Assembly: GCA_965233585.1 (NCBI GenBank)
Contig: CBDDTI010000747.1
Coordinates: forward strand, 960,001 to 1,024,000
Reading direction: 5' to 3'
From: a bacterium
Lineage (GTDB): Bacteria > SAR324 > NAC60-12
Length of the DNA stretch: 64,000 nucleotides
In this document: piece by piece, positions 1-10,689 of the stretch
How the letters are laid out: each line of letters starts with the position of its first letter
How positions within the stretch are numbered: position 1 is the first letter of the stretch
The notes under the pieces: generated by a model
What the model was told of the DNA's origin: nothing
Database searches by the model: none
The model's input: only the letters and a program-made list of their open reading frames with translations
Translations under genes and position numbers: made by a program

Positions 1-117
1 GTCTGAGTCTTCACCACCTAAATCATCTTCCATCAACTCATCAAATTGATCGGAAGACAAGCCATCATCGGCATCAAAATCATCCATGCCTTGTAGTTCA
101 TCATCTTCTTCTGCCAT
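1..117 (-). CDS. Partial CDS (5' end only), very acidic N-terminus, unknown function
   Basis: ATG at 117 on the minus strand reads MAEEDDELQGMDDFDADDGLSSDQFDELMEDDLGGEDSD and stays open to the window edge. Confidence 0.55.
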   Translation of the reverse strand, partial: MAEEDDELQGMDDFDADDGLSSDQFDELMEDDLGGEDSD

Positions 118-178
118 GACTTATTGACTCAATTTAGCAAAATGGTTTAAAGGTGTGTTGGATTTTAACCTTTGTTTG

Positions 179-958
179 TCATTGGGTTTTTTGATTATCC
201 AAAAAAAGCTGATACGCTCCTTTGAGCGTCAAAAATTCATCAATGACCTCAATGTCAGCAATTTCACGACCCAATGTTTGACTCCAACCACCTGTTGCAA
301 AAATCTTTGGTGTTCGGGGTTTATAGGTTTTTAGCTCTTGAATTGTTTGTTGCAACAAACCCTTAATCATTGCAACATATCCATAAAAAAGACCTGATTG
401 TAGGCTTTCTATTGTGTGAGTTCCAATCAGTTGTTTTGGTTTTTCAAGGGGGACATAAGTCAGTTGCGAGGCATTTTGGAACAATGCCTCTGCTGATGTT
501 GAAAACCCTGCACAGATCAATCCGCCTTCAAAGCGATTCTCATCAACAATGTTGAGTGTTGTTGCCGTGCCAAAATCTACCACAATGGACAATCCTTGAT
601 GCAGGCGTCTGACAGCAACGGCATTAGCTAGTCGGTCAGCACCTAGACAATTTGGAGATTTGACACAAAGTTCTAAGTCTGAACATAGCTCATGGCTGAC
701 ACACACCACATGAGGAGTTAAGCGACGGCTTGCCTTTTCTATCACCTCTTGCAAAGCAGGCACGACACAAGACACAACAGCACCTTGAACCCCAAACTTT
801 TCTAACCCACATGCTAAAATCATGCCTCTAATGGACAAAAGATAATCATCAGCTGTTTTTATGGGGAAGGTGGTCAAACGGCAATGATTGACAATTTGCC
901 CATCTACTGCAAACCCTAGCACAATGTTCGTGTTCCCAATATCCCAAACAAGAATCAT
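179..958 (-). CDS. coaX: Type III pantothenate kinase
   Basis: DIGNTNIVLG, LGADR and VDFGTATT motifs. Confidence 0.95.
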   Translation of the reverse strand: MILVWDIGNTNIVLGFAVDGQIVNHCRLTTFPIKTADDYLLSIRGMILACGLEKFGVQGAVVSCVVPALQEVIEKASRRLTPHVVCVSHELCSDLELCVKSPNCLGADRLANAVAVRRLHQGLSIVVDFGTATTLNIVDENRFEGGLICAGFSTSAEALFQNASQLTYVPLEKPKQLIGTHTIESLQSGLFYGYVAMIKGLLQQTIQELKTYKPRTPKIFATGGWSQTLGREIADIEVIDEFLTLKGAYQLFLDNQKTQ

Positions 959-973
959 GTTTTTTTAAGAAAT

Positions 974-3112
974 CTAAACAAGCTCTATTTTTTTGAGGTC
1001 TAAACGTTCAGAGACCTGCTCTACAATTTGAAGGCAAAGCCATAAGCGGTTTTTCCTCACTTTTTCATCTTGGTCTAAAATCATCACTGCGTCAAAAAAT
1101 GCTGTGATGCAGGGTTCAAGCATCAACAATCCTTGAAAAAACTGGCTTGACACAGTCTGAAAAACTGGCTCATGTTGTCCATCATTCCCCTCTTCTAAAG
1201 TAGCATTGTTGCCATCAAGTGCTTTTTCAAATAAATCACGGTTTTGAAGTTCTGTGACTTTTTTGAACAACTCCCTTTCTTGGTCTGTTTGAGCTAACTC
1301 ATCATTCCAATCTAGGTCTTGGTTTTCCACTTCAGACAGATTGGTTTGCACAATATTGACTACACGAACCACCGATTCTATGGTTTGTTTAAATTGCTTA
1401 TGTTTTGAGAATTGAAGCAGTCCTTGAGCAAGGCATAATTGCCAGTAAGGTTTGGAGTCCAATGACATTTTTGCAGTGACAGACTCAATGAAGTCATGGC
1501 GCATGCCTTGTTGTTTCATTGCAAAAGTGAGGCGTTCTTTGAAAAAATGAACCAAATCTTCAAAAATCGTTAAATTCTCCAAACTTTCAAAATTGGGAAT
1601 GAGTTGTTTGAGGGAGAGAGAGATTTTTTTTTCAAAAAGAATTTGTATGATGCCATTCGCCGCACGCCTCAAAGCATAGGGGTCAGAAGACCCAGAAGGC
1701 TTTTTACCAGTAGAGAAAATAGTCGCGATTAAATCCATTTTTTCTGCCAAAGCAACAGGTAATGTGGTGGGGTCGCTAGGTAGAATGTCGCCATAAAATT
1801 TGGGTAAATAACGTTCCTTCAGACCTCTAGCAACTTGGGGCGATTCTCCATGTAAAAGTGCGTATTGTTCTGCCATGACACCTTGTAATTCAGGAAATTC
1901 ATAGACCATTTGAGTTTGCAGGTCAAAAAAAGCAAGTTCTGCAACCCTTTTGGAGGTGGCAATTTTTTCAGAATCAGTAGAATTGTTGTGGTCAAACAAG
2001 GAAGAACAGATTTGTTCCACTTGTTGCACAAGACGAGTTGTCCGATCTAGTAGGCTTCCTTTGTTGTGAAAAAAGGTCACACTGGCTAACTGCTGCACAA
2101 AGTCATTAGGTTTGTGTTTGCAATCATTTTCATAAAAAAATTGTGCATCTTTGAGACGTGCGTTGAGTACCTTCTCATTGCCTTTGACGACCGTGTCTTG
2201 TGCATGTTTAGAACATTGAGCGACTAGAATAAATTGGGGAAGCATCTGACCTTGTGCATCATAGACGCTGAAATAACGTTGATGCGTACTCATGGCAGTA
2301 GAAAGAGCTTGTGCAGGAACATTTAAAAAATCCTGATTAAAACAACCTTGCAAGACTGTTGGGTTTTCCACCAAATTTGTAGTCTCGTGAAGCAAATCCT
2401 CATCTAAATCTACATGAAATTGATTGGTTTGTTCCAGTTTGCGAATCTGCTCTACAATCGCTTGTTTTCGCAAGTCGTAAGAAACTATGACATTGTCAAA
2501 TGATGACGGATAATGTTGTGCATTGGTGATTTCTATCGTGTCAGTATGCTGCAAGCCGTAAGTCGTTCTTCCTGCCTGAATGCCTTCTATTTGCACGGGT
2601 AAGACTTCATCATTCCACAAGGAAACAATCCAATGAATCGGACGCACGTAGCTTAACTTGCTATTCCCCCAACGCATAGATTTAGGAAAAGACAACTCCA
2701 AGATCCATTTTTGCAACTGACTTTGAAACAACTTTTTTGACTCTTCCCCTTTGAGAGTTTGACGCACAAAAACAAACTTCTTGCCTTTGTCTTCTTGGAT
2801 TTGAAGCTGTTCTGCCAAAAGACCATGTTTTTTGGCAAAACCACGAGCGGCTTGAGTCCATACTCCGTTACTGTTTTGGGCAATTTCTAAGGAAGGTCCT
2901 TTGCTTGTGAGATGTCTGTCTTCTTGAAAATTTTCAATCTGTTGCACAAGCACAGCCAGACGCCTGGGGGTGGAAAATCCTTGAATGGTCTGGAAGTGGA
3001 TTTTGGATTGTGTGCAATAAGTTTTGATGAGAGATTCAAGCTGTTTTTGTGCAGGTAAAATGGCACTGGCTGGCATCTCTTCCATGCCAATTTCTAGTAA
3101 GTAATGATTCAT
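974..3112 (-). CDS. glyS: Glycine--tRNA ligase beta subunit
   Basis: LLEIGMEEMP, STPRRLA, YVRPIHW, EFPELQG, SSDPYALRR; start set at MNHYLL (3112). Confidence 0.95.
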   Translation of the reverse strand: MNHYLLEIGMEEMPASAILPAQKQLESLIKTYCTQSKIHFQTIQGFSTPRRLAVLVQQIENFQEDRHLTSKGPSLEIAQNSNGVWTQAARGFAKKHGLLAEQLQIQEDKGKKFVFVRQTLKGEESKKLFQSQLQKWILELSFPKSMRWGNSKLSYVRPIHWIVSLWNDEVLPVQIEGIQAGRTTYGLQHTDTIEITNAQHYPSSFDNVIVSYDLRKQAIVEQIRKLEQTNQFHVDLDEDLLHETTNLVENPTVLQGCFNQDFLNVPAQALSTAMSTHQRYFSVYDAQGQMLPQFILVAQCSKHAQDTVVKGNEKVLNARLKDAQFFYENDCKHKPNDFVQQLASVTFFHNKGSLLDRTTRLVQQVEQICSSLFDHNNSTDSEKIATSKRVAELAFFDLQTQMVYEFPELQGVMAEQYALLHGESPQVARGLKERYLPKFYGDILPSDPTTLPVALAEKMDLIATIFSTGKKPSGSSDPYALRRAANGIIQILFEKKISLSLKQLIPNFESLENLTIFEDLVHFFKERLTFAMKQQGMRHDFIESVTAKMSLDSKPYWQLCLAQGLLQFSKHKQFKQTIESVVRVVNIVQTNLSEVENQDLDWNDELAQTDQERELFKKVTELQNRDLFEKALDGNNATLEEGNDGQHEPVFQTVSSQFFQGLLMLEPCITAFFDAVMILDQDEKVRKNRLWLCLQIVEQVSERLDLKKIELV

Positions 3113-3265
3113 AAGGGAAAATGATGACTTGCTGATGAGCTTGGGAAAAAGTGTAAGAGAAAGCGAGAGAAAACTCAAGAAGTCTGACCAAACTTGAGTT
3201 TTCTGCTCATGTTTTCTAAAATTCTTGATTTGTCAAGATTTGATTTGTCAAAAGATGCACAAAAC

Positions 3266-4279
3266 ATGATTATAGGATTCCCGCACCCTGCCCCAGAAAT
3301 TGGAGGACCTGGTACATTTCAAACGCGAATTTGTCAAGTACTCAAAGACAAGGGTCATCAAATCATCTATCCTGAACACCGTCAAATCCCTGATGTCATT
3401 CTGGTAGTTGGAGGGACAAGAAAATTGCAATGGATTTGGAAGTGCAAACAACAAGGGGCAAAAGTTGTGCTGAGGCTTGATGGCTTGAACTGGCAACATC
3501 GTTTGGAGTCTAAGAAGTCATGGGCATACTGGCGTGCAGAGGCAGTCAATTTATTGGTGCAGACCATTCGCAAACATTTTGCCGATGTTGTGGTCTATCA
3601 AAGTGAATTTATCCGCCAATGGTGGCAATTCCGTTACGGGTCGTCTCTCAAACCTGAACATGTCATTTACAATGCCACAGATTTAAACCTGTTTTCTCCA
3701 CTGGCATCACAAAATAAAGAATCTTCAAAGCCAGATATTTTATGTATAGAGGGTTCAATCCATGACAATCCTTTGACCCGTGAAGTGCTGTCAAAATTAC
3801 CAACGCGGTTAGTTGAATCGTCCATTTGTTCAGACTTTAAAGTTTATGGAAAGGCAAGCACGGATTTGCGTCATTTTATGGATTCAGTAGAAGGCTTAAA
3901 TTATCGGGGGACAGTCCAACGTTCAGAAATTCCAGAAATGATGAGAGGGAATCATCTTTTTTTACCTCTTGAACCTCAACCGCCATGTCCCAATGCTGTG
4001 ATTGAAGCACTGGCATCAGGATTGCCCGTTGTTGGTTTTGACACAGGAAGTCTCAGGGAATTAGTGCCACCTGAAGCGGGGATTTTAGTGCCATACGGAG
4101 GCGACGCTTGGGCGATAGACAAACCAGATGTTGACGCATTACAATCTGCCATAGAGGAACTTGTTCCACAGATGAAAACTTTTCAAATTCGGGCAAGGCA
4201 AGTTGCAGAAGAGAGGTTTGATATAGACCAGATGACAGACAACTATCTCCATGTCATCAAGTCTTGTTTGAACTCCTAA
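3266..4279 (+). CDS. Glycosyltransferase family 4 (GT-B)
   Basis: PNAVIEALASGLPVVGFDTG motif; likely start ATG 3266. Confidence 0.85.
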   Translation: MIIGFPHPAPEIGGPGTFQTRICQVLKDKGHQIIYPEHRQIPDVILVVGGTRKLQWIWKCKQQGAKVVLRLDGLNWQHRLESKKSWAYWRAEAVNLLVQTIRKHFADVVVYQSEFIRQWWQFRYGSSLKPEHVIYNATDLNLFSPLASQNKESSKPDILCIEGSIHDNPLTREVLSKLPTRLVESSICSDFKVYGKASTDLRHFMDSVEGLNYRGTVQRSEIPEMMRGNHLFLPLEPQPPCPNAVIEALASGLPVVGFDTGSLRELVPPEAGILVPYGGDAWAIDKPDVDALQSAIEELVPQMKTFQIRARQVAEERFDIDQMTDNYLHVIKSCLNS

Positions 4280-4443
4280 TGACCTTTGACAAGAACACCT
4301 TTGAACTGACTTATCTCACTTATTCTAAGAAAAAAGTCAAGATTTTGGCAATCATTCTGGGTGCAAGAAAAACTCTGCATTGTATCTTTGGAAAGATTGC
4401 ACTATGATTTTCTGGTCAGGGTAACTTTTAGCACAAGAAAAAT

Positions 4444-5544
4444 ATGAGTAAATATAGAACACCTTTGCATGACTTGCATGTTGAGGCAGGTGCAACAATG
4501 GTGAATTTTGGAGAGTGGCGAATGCCCCTTCGTTACACAGGGGACAAAAAAGAACATCATGCCGTGCGTGAGAAAGTCGGCTTGTTTGATGTGAGTCACA
4601 TGGGAGAAATCAGAGTAGAAGGCAAGCATGCTTTTGATTTATTGCAATACGTCACTTGCAATGACTTGTCTCAAGTCAAAATTGGACAAGCTCAATACAA
4701 TGTCTTGCCCTCTGAAAGTGGGGGATTTATTGATGACATTGTCATCTACAAACGAGGAGAAGACACTTACTGGATTGTAGTCAATGCCGCAAATCAACAC
4801 AAAGATTTTGAATGGCTTCAACTGCAAAATCAAAAATTTGGGGCAACTCTACATTTTGAATCAGATGACTGGATTCAGCTAGCTGTTCAAGGACCTGATT
4901 CTTCTAAACTCACGTCCCTTCTTACGGAAAAATCTGTTGAGGACATGACTTATTACCACTTCCAAGAAGGTCATGTCATTGGGCATGAGGCAATCATCAG
5001 TCGCACAGGCTACACGGGTTCAGATGGCTTTGAAATCTATTTACACCCCAAGCATACCCAAGACATTTGGCATGCCATTCTTGAAGAAGGACGTGCTTTT
5101 GGCTTAACGCTTTGCGGTCTTGGAGCAAGGGATAGTTTGCGGATTGAAGCCAAGATGCTGTTAATGGGAACAGATGCTGATGAATCTACCAATATTTTAG
5201 AAGCTAGTTTGGGTTGGGCAGTGAAGCTAGACAAAGGGGAGTTTATTGGTCAAAAGGCATTGGCTCAAAAGAAGGAGTCTGGACTTTTGAGGCGATGGGT
5301 TGGTTTGGAAATGATAGACCAAGGCATCGCAAGAGCGGGCTATGACATTGAGCATGAAGGTCAAGTCATTGGGCAGGTCACCAGTGGTGTCTTTTCCCCA
5401 ACACTCAATCAAGCCATTGCTCTTGCCTCCATTCAAACTCCTTTTGCAAAGATTGGCACAGAGTTTCAAGTCAATGTGCGTGGAAAATTGAAGCGGGCTA
5501 AAGTGGTTAAAACTCCATTTTATCAAATCCCAAGAAATCGTTAA
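4444..5544 (+). CDS. gcvT: Glycine cleavage system T protein
   Basis: RTPLHDLH, GLFDVSHMGEI, SRTGYTG, GLGARDSLR. Confidence 0.97.
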   Translation: MSKYRTPLHDLHVEAGATMVNFGEWRMPLRYTGDKKEHHAVREKVGLFDVSHMGEIRVEGKHAFDLLQYVTCNDLSQVKIGQAQYNVLPSESGGFIDDIVIYKRGEDTYWIVVNAANQHKDFEWLQLQNQKFGATLHFESDDWIQLAVQGPDSSKLTSLLTEKSVEDMTYYHFQEGHVIGHEAIISRTGYTGSDGFEIYLHPKHTQDIWHAILEEGRAFGLTLCGLGARDSLRIEAKMLLMGTDADESTNILEASLGWAVKLDKGEFIGQKALAQKKESGLLRRWVGLEMIDQGIARAGYDIEHEGQVIGQVTSGVFSPTLNQAIALASIQTPFAKIGTEFQVNVRGKLKRAKVVKTPFYQIPRNR

Positions 5545-5567
5545 TTTTAAAACTAATTGAGGACATT

Positions 5568-5957
5568 ATGAGTAATATACCAAAAGAATTACTTTACACG
5601 AAAGACCATGAATGGATTCAGTTGACTGGGGATACAGCAGTCATTGGAATTACAGACCATGCACAAAATGCGTTGGGCGATGTGGTTTATGTAGATTTGC
5701 CAATGGTTGATGATGAATTTGAAGTAGGAGAAGAATTTGGCACGGTGGAGTCTGTCAAAGCAGTGTCTCCTCTTTATATGCCCATCACAGGTGTTGTGCT
5801 TGAATCTAATACAGAACTGAACGATCAACCAGAACTCATCAATTCTGATTGCTATGAAGATGGTTGGCTTGTCAGGATCAAAATCACTCACGATGAACGG
5901 GAGCATCTTCTTGATGCAGAAACTTATGAACAATTTTTAACAGACGAGTCAGAATGA
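5568..5957 (+). CDS. gcvH: Glycine cleavage system H protein
   Basis: YTKDHEW, GITDHAQ, lipoyl-Lys motif ESVKA. Confidence 0.97.
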   Translation: MSNIPKELLYTKDHEWIQLTGDTAVIGITDHAQNALGDVVYVDLPMVDDEFEVGEEFGTVESVKAVSPLYMPITGVVLESNTELNDQPELINSDCYEDGWLVRIKITHDEREHLLDAETYEQFLTDESE

Positions 5958-8800
5958 AGCTAGGGAGCTTTGAGTCAAGGCATTTAGGTCCCAGAGACGA
6001 TGAAGTCCAGCAAATGCTTGATGTCGTTGGTGTAAAGTCTTTGGACGAATTGATGGAACAAACCATTCCTGCAAGCATCAGAAGAGTTCAAGATTTAAAG
6101 CTAGATGATGCCATCAGTGAACATGAGTTGATGACAGAAATGACTGCATTTGCCAAACAAAATCAGGTCTTCAAATCTTACATTGGTCAAGGATACCACC
6201 CTTGTATCATTCCACCAGTCATCAGACGAAACATTCTGGAAAATCCTGCATGGTACACTTCATACACCCCCTATCAAGCGGAAATTGCACAGGGTCGCCT
6301 AGAAGCGCTTTTAAACTTCCAGACGATGGTGCAAGACATGACAGGAATGGAGATTGCCAATGCTTCATTACTTGACGAAGGCACTGCAGCCGCAGAGGCG
6401 ATGTCCACTGCCTTTCGCATTAGAAACCGTTCATCACGTCAGGGACAAGCACGAGAGTTTTTAGTTTCAGACCAATGTTTTCCTCAAACACTTGCCATTT
6501 TAGAAAATTATGCACAAACACTGGGTTTTGAGCTTAAAATCTGTGAGATTTCCAACATGAAACCCACTGACCAAACCTTTGGTCTTTTGGTGCAACTTCC
6601 TGATGCAGAGGGGCTTGTGTCAGATTATTCTGAACTTTTTGAACAAGTGAAGGCAGTGAAAGGTTTGGTGATTGTTGCTGCAGACTTACTAAGTTTGGCA
6701 TTGATTAAGCCACCGGGCGAGATGGGGGCTGATATTGTCGTTGGAACAACGCAACGTTTTGGTGTCCCGATGGGATATGGTGGACCTCATGCCGCTTATT
6801 TTGCAACACACCAAAGCCATGCCAGAGACATACCCGGGCGAATCATTGGCGTTTCCAAAGACCGCTTAGGCAATTTAGCATACCGCATGGCACTCCAAAC
6901 ACGTGAACAACACATCAAACGTGAACGGGCAACCTCCAATGTCTGCACAGCCCAAGCATTGCTTGCCAACATTGCAGGTGCATACGCCGTTTATCATGGT
7001 GCAGAAGGGATTTTAAACATTGCCAAGACCATTCATCAAAAGGCAGCCAACCTTGCAAAATCTCTCACCTCCAAAAGTTATCGTCTCAAACATCAACATT
7101 ATTTTGACACGATTGTTGTGCAAACATCTTCCAAAGCAGAGACAGAAAAAATTGCACAAAAAGCGATTCAGGAACAAGTCAATTTTCATTATTTGACTGA
7201 TGATTTCATTGGTATTTCTCTCAATGAAACGACTAGCCACGCAGACCTAGAGACTCTTGCCAGCATCTTTGAAACCAACCTTGTTGCATGTTCTTCAGAA
7301 GAAGAAAGCACGATTCCAGAACCACTCAGACGTCATTCTACGTTTTTAACACATCAGGTGTTTCACAAGTATCATTCAGAAACGGAGATGATGCGTTACT
7401 TGAAACGATTGGAAAGCAAAGACCTGTCGCTAGTACATGCCATGATTCCTCTTGGATCCTGCACAATGAAGCTCAACTCTGCAGCGTCTATGACTGCTAT
7501 CACTTGGGAAGAGTTTGCCAACATGCACCCTTTTTGTCCCAAAGACCAAGCAGCAGGTTATCAACAAATTTTAGAAAGACTTGAGAAGGATTTGTCTGAA
7601 ATCACAGAATTTGAAGCCACAAGTTTACAGCCTAACTCTGGCGCTCAAGGAGAATTGACAGGACTTCGCATGATTCGGGCATATCATCACTCAAGGCAAG
7701 ACCAGCAACGCCATGCCATTTTGATTCCATCTTCTGCACATGGGACAAACCCTGCCAGTTGCACCGTTGCAGGCATGACGCCTGTGATGATTAGTTGTGA
7801 CATATACGGCAACATTGACCTTGAGGTTCTAAAACAAAAACTTGAAAAATATTCAGGGCAGGTGGCTGGGTTGATGATTACTTACCCCTCTACTCATGGA
7901 GTGTTTGAAGAATCAGTCACAGACGTTTGTGAGCTTGTGCATCAGGCAGGCGGGTTAGTTTACATGGACGGGGCAAACATGAATGCTCAAGTGGGTTTGA
8001 CTTCTCCCGCACGGATTGGTGCAGATGTCTGTCATTTAAATCTACACAAGACTTTTGGGATTCCACATGGTGGAGGTGGACCGGGTGTCGGTCCTGTTTG
8101 TTGTAATGAGAAACTTGCACCTTTCTTGCCTAATCACCCCCTTATCAAGGTACAAGAGCAAGACAATCCCCCTGCTTCCTCTGCACCTTGGGGAAGTGCT
8201 TTAGCGTGTTTGATTTCTTATGCTTATATCAGAATGTTAGGAAAGGAGGGGCTGATTCAGTCCACAAAATATGCCATTCTGGGTGCAAATTATCTCAAAA
8301 GACGGCTAGCGCCTTATTATCCGATTCTTTATTCAGGACACAATGGACGTGTTGCCCATGAGATGATTCTTGACACACGTGGATTTAAAAAAGCAGCGGG
8401 CATGACTGCTGAAGACATTGCAAAACGTTTGCTGGATTACGGATTTCATGCACCAACTCAGTCTTTTCCTGTGCCTGAAACTTTGATGATTGAGCCAACA
8501 GAAAGTGAATCTAAAGCTGAGCTTGACCGATTTTGCGAGGCGTTCATTTCCATTCGTCGGGAACTCTCTGAGGTAGAACGAGGTGTGATGGACAAAACTG
8601 ACAACCCCCTCAAAAATGCACCTCACACTTTGCAAGAAGTGTGTGCTAGTGAATGGAATCATCAGTATTCACGAGAAGTGGCAGCCTATCCTGTGGCGTC
8701 CCTTCACGCTCATAAGTTCTGGCCTTCTGTGTCAAAAATTGATGGTGCATACGGAGACCGACATTTGTACTGCTCCTGTCCTGACATAGACCATTCTTGA
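5954..8800 (+). CDS. gcvP: Glycine dehydrogenase (P protein)
   Basis: YTPYQAEIAQGRLE, PLGSCTMK, LNLHKTF PLP motif. Confidence 0.98.
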   Translation: MKLGSFESRHLGPRDDEVQQMLDVVGVKSLDELMEQTIPASIRRVQDLKLDDAISEHELMTEMTAFAKQNQVFKSYIGQGYHPCIIPPVIRRNILENPAWYTSYTPYQAEIAQGRLEALLNFQTMVQDMTGMEIANASLLDEGTAAAEAMSTAFRIRNRSSRQGQAREFLVSDQCFPQTLAILENYAQTLGFELKICEISNMKPTDQTFGLLVQLPDAEGLVSDYSELFEQVKAVKGLVIVAADLLSLALIKPPGEMGADIVVGTTQRFGVPMGYGGPHAAYFATHQSHARDIPGRIIGVSKDRLGNLAYRMALQTREQHIKRERATSNVCTAQALLANIAGAYAVYHGAEGILNIAKTIHQKAANLAKSLTSKSYRLKHQHYFDTIVVQTSSKAETEKIAQKAIQEQVNFHYLTDDFIGISLNETTSHADLETLASIFETNLVACSSEEESTIPEPLRRHSTFLTHQVFHKYHSETEMMRYLKRLESKDLSLVHAMIPLGSCTMKLNSAASMTAITWEEFANMHPFCPKDQAAGYQQILERLEKDLSEITEFEATSLQPNSGAQGELTGLRMIRAYHHSRQDQQRHAILIPSSAHGTNPASCTVAGMTPVMISCDIYGNIDLEVLKQKLEKYSGQVAGLMITYPSTHGVFEESVTDVCELVHQAGGLVYMDGANMNAQVGLTSPARIGADVCHLNLHKTFGIPHGGGGPGVGPVCCNEKLAPFLPNHPLIKVQEQDNPPASSAPWGSALACLISYAYIRMLGKEGLIQSTKYAILGANYLKRRLAPYYPILYSGHNGRVAHEMILDTRGFKKAAGMTAEDIAKRLLDYGFHAPTQSFPVPETLMIEPTESESKAELDRFCEAFISIRRELSEVERGVMDKTDNPLKNAPHTLQEVCASEWNHQYSREVAAYPVASLHAHKFWPSVSKIDGAYGDRHLYCSCPDIDHS

Positions 8801-9771
8801 CGCTCATCACTTCTGACCAGCACACTGAGCTACAATTTCAATACATGTCAGTCAATGGTAACGAGGAGACGTTGTTGCAATTCCTTGTCAGACGTTTCCG
8901 TTACCATGATGACAGAGTTTGGCAAGACCATATCTCACACGAAAGGCTTTGGGTGAATGGTCAGTTGGGACACGCACATCAAATTCTGAAAAATGGTCAA
9001 AAAGTCACGTATCTTCGTCCTGATTATCTTGAACCTGATGTAGATAGAAGGTTTGAGGTTGTGTATGAAGATGATGTCTTGGTTGCTGTCAACAAGTCTG
9101 GAAACCTACCTACTAGCCCCTCTGGAAAGTATTTTAAAAATACACTGGCACAGATTCTTGCAAAAGAAATGAATTGGGATAAGGTTTATACACTTCATAG
9201 ATTAGACCGTGAAACCAGCGGACTCCTACTTTTTGCAAAGAACAAAGAAGTTGCTCAGCTCATGGCAGAGAAAATACGAAAAAGGGAGTTGGAGAAAGAA
9301 TACATTGCCATCGTTCATGCTCAAAAACCTCTTGAAGACTCCTTTTTTGTTTCCGTTCCAATTGGACGTTCAAAAAATAGCGACATTAGAATCAAGCAAG
9401 CTGTCATTCCAGATGGCAAACCTAGTCAGACATTTTTTGAGAAGGTGGCACAAACGGTAAACTATGCTCAACTGAAAGTGAAGCCCTTGACGGGCAGGAC
9501 GCATCAAATCCGAGTCCACTGTGCCTATTTGAATTTGCCGATTTTGGGAGACAAACTTTATAGCCTGCCTGAAAAAGATTTTATCTGCTGGATCAACCAA
9601 GGAGATGATTACCTCATGCAAAAGCAGATTCCGCACTGTCGGCAAATGCTTCATGCCTCACAACTGACTTTCCAACACCCCATCACTCAAAAAAAACTTA
9701 CGCTTCATGCTTCGGTTGAGGTTTGGGAAGATTTTGTCAATTTTGTGTCAATTCACATGGGGACTTGTTAG
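8797..9771 (+). CDS. RluA/RluD-family pseudouridine synthase
   Basis: HRLDRETSG and TGRTHQIRVH motifs. Confidence 0.92.
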   Translation: MTLITSDQHTELQFQYMSVNGNEETLLQFLVRRFRYHDDRVWQDHISHERLWVNGQLGHAHQILKNGQKVTYLRPDYLEPDVDRRFEVVYEDDVLVAVNKSGNLPTSPSGKYFKNTLAQILAKEMNWDKVYTLHRLDRETSGLLLFAKNKEVAQLMAEKIRKRELEKEYIAIVHAQKPLEDSFFVSVPIGRSKNSDIRIKQAVIPDGKPSQTFFEKVAQTVNYAQLKVKPLTGRTHQIRVHCAYLNLPILGDKLYSLPEKDFICWINQGDDYLMQKQIPHCRQMLHASQLTFQHPITQKKLTLHASVEVWEDFVNFVSIHMGTC

Positions 9772-10688
9772 TTTGCAATTCCTTTCTTCTTATGAACGTC
9801 AGACTCTTGCAACAATTTAAGATAGCTGTTGTAACGTTGCTGTGAGATTTGGTTTGCATGGACGGCATCTTTGATTGCACATTGGGGTTCATGCTGATGA
9901 AAACAAGGGCTAAAGCGACATTGACTTTGGAAGGGTTGAAACTCTACAAACCCTTTTTGTGCCAGTTCTTGAGGTGTCAGGGTCAATGACCATTCTCTGA
10001 TTCCCGGTGTGTCAGCAAGGTGTCCCCCTTGGGGCAATGGATAAAGTTCTGCAAGTGTTGTCGTATGCCTGCCTTTGCCTGTCATGGCACTCACTTGTCC
10101 CATGATGATTTGTTCTTCAGGAAATAACATTTGAATTAATGAAGATTTGCCAACTCCAGAATGTCCTGTCATCACAGAAATTTTGCCTTGAAGTAATCGT
10201 CTGACAGACTCAATTCCTACATTGTTTTGGACACTGGTTTGAAGTACTGAATAACCCAAAGCCGTGTATTGTTCGCAAATATAAGCAGAAATCGGTGTCG
10301 GCTCAAGGTCAATTTTGTTTAAGACAATGACAGCATGAATGCCAATGGATTCTGCAGCCGCGATGAAACGGTCAATCAACCCAAGACGTGGCAACGGTTG
10401 TTGTTGTGAGACTACAATGAATAGCAAATCTATGTTCACCACCAAAATCTGTCGTTTTTTGTTTTGATGAATCAAACGTGCAAGTTCATTTTGACGTGGT
10501 AAGACATCGTAAATCCAGTTTTCTTTCTGGGACTCCACTAAATCAATCATCACTCTGTCCCCAACGGCAAGGCTGGTCTGTTGCTTGATGAGTGTGTTTT
10601 TGACACGGCAAAGATAGACTTGACGATTCACTTCTACGTCATAAAATCCCTTGACTTTTTTGACGACAAAACCCTCTTTTTTCATCAA
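9768..10688 (-). CDS. rsgA: Ribosome small subunit-dependent GTPase A
   Basis: Circularly permuted GTPase NKID / GHSGVGKSS / KGRHTTT / DTPG plus C-terminal Cys/His Zn motif. Confidence 0.95.
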   Translation of the reverse strand: MMKKEGFVVKKVKGFYDVEVNRQVYLCRVKNTLIKQQTSLAVGDRVMIDLVESQKENWIYDVLPRQNELARLIHQNKKRQILVVNIDLLFIVVSQQQPLPRLGLIDRFIAAAESIGIHAVIVLNKIDLEPTPISAYICEQYTALGYSVLQTSVQNNVGIESVRRLLQGKISVMTGHSGVGKSSLIQMLFPEEQIIMGQVSAMTGKGRHTTTLAELYPLPQGGHLADTPGIREWSLTLTPQELAQKGFVEFQPFQSQCRFSPCFHQHEPQCAIKDAVHANQISQQRYNSYLKLLQESDVHKKKGIAN

Positions 10689-10689
10689 T

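Noticed and set aside
4280..4443. Glycine riboswitch upstream of gcvT
   Set aside because: Conserved GGAGA / CCGAAG / CTCTCAGG elements not found; an Rfam scan would settle it.
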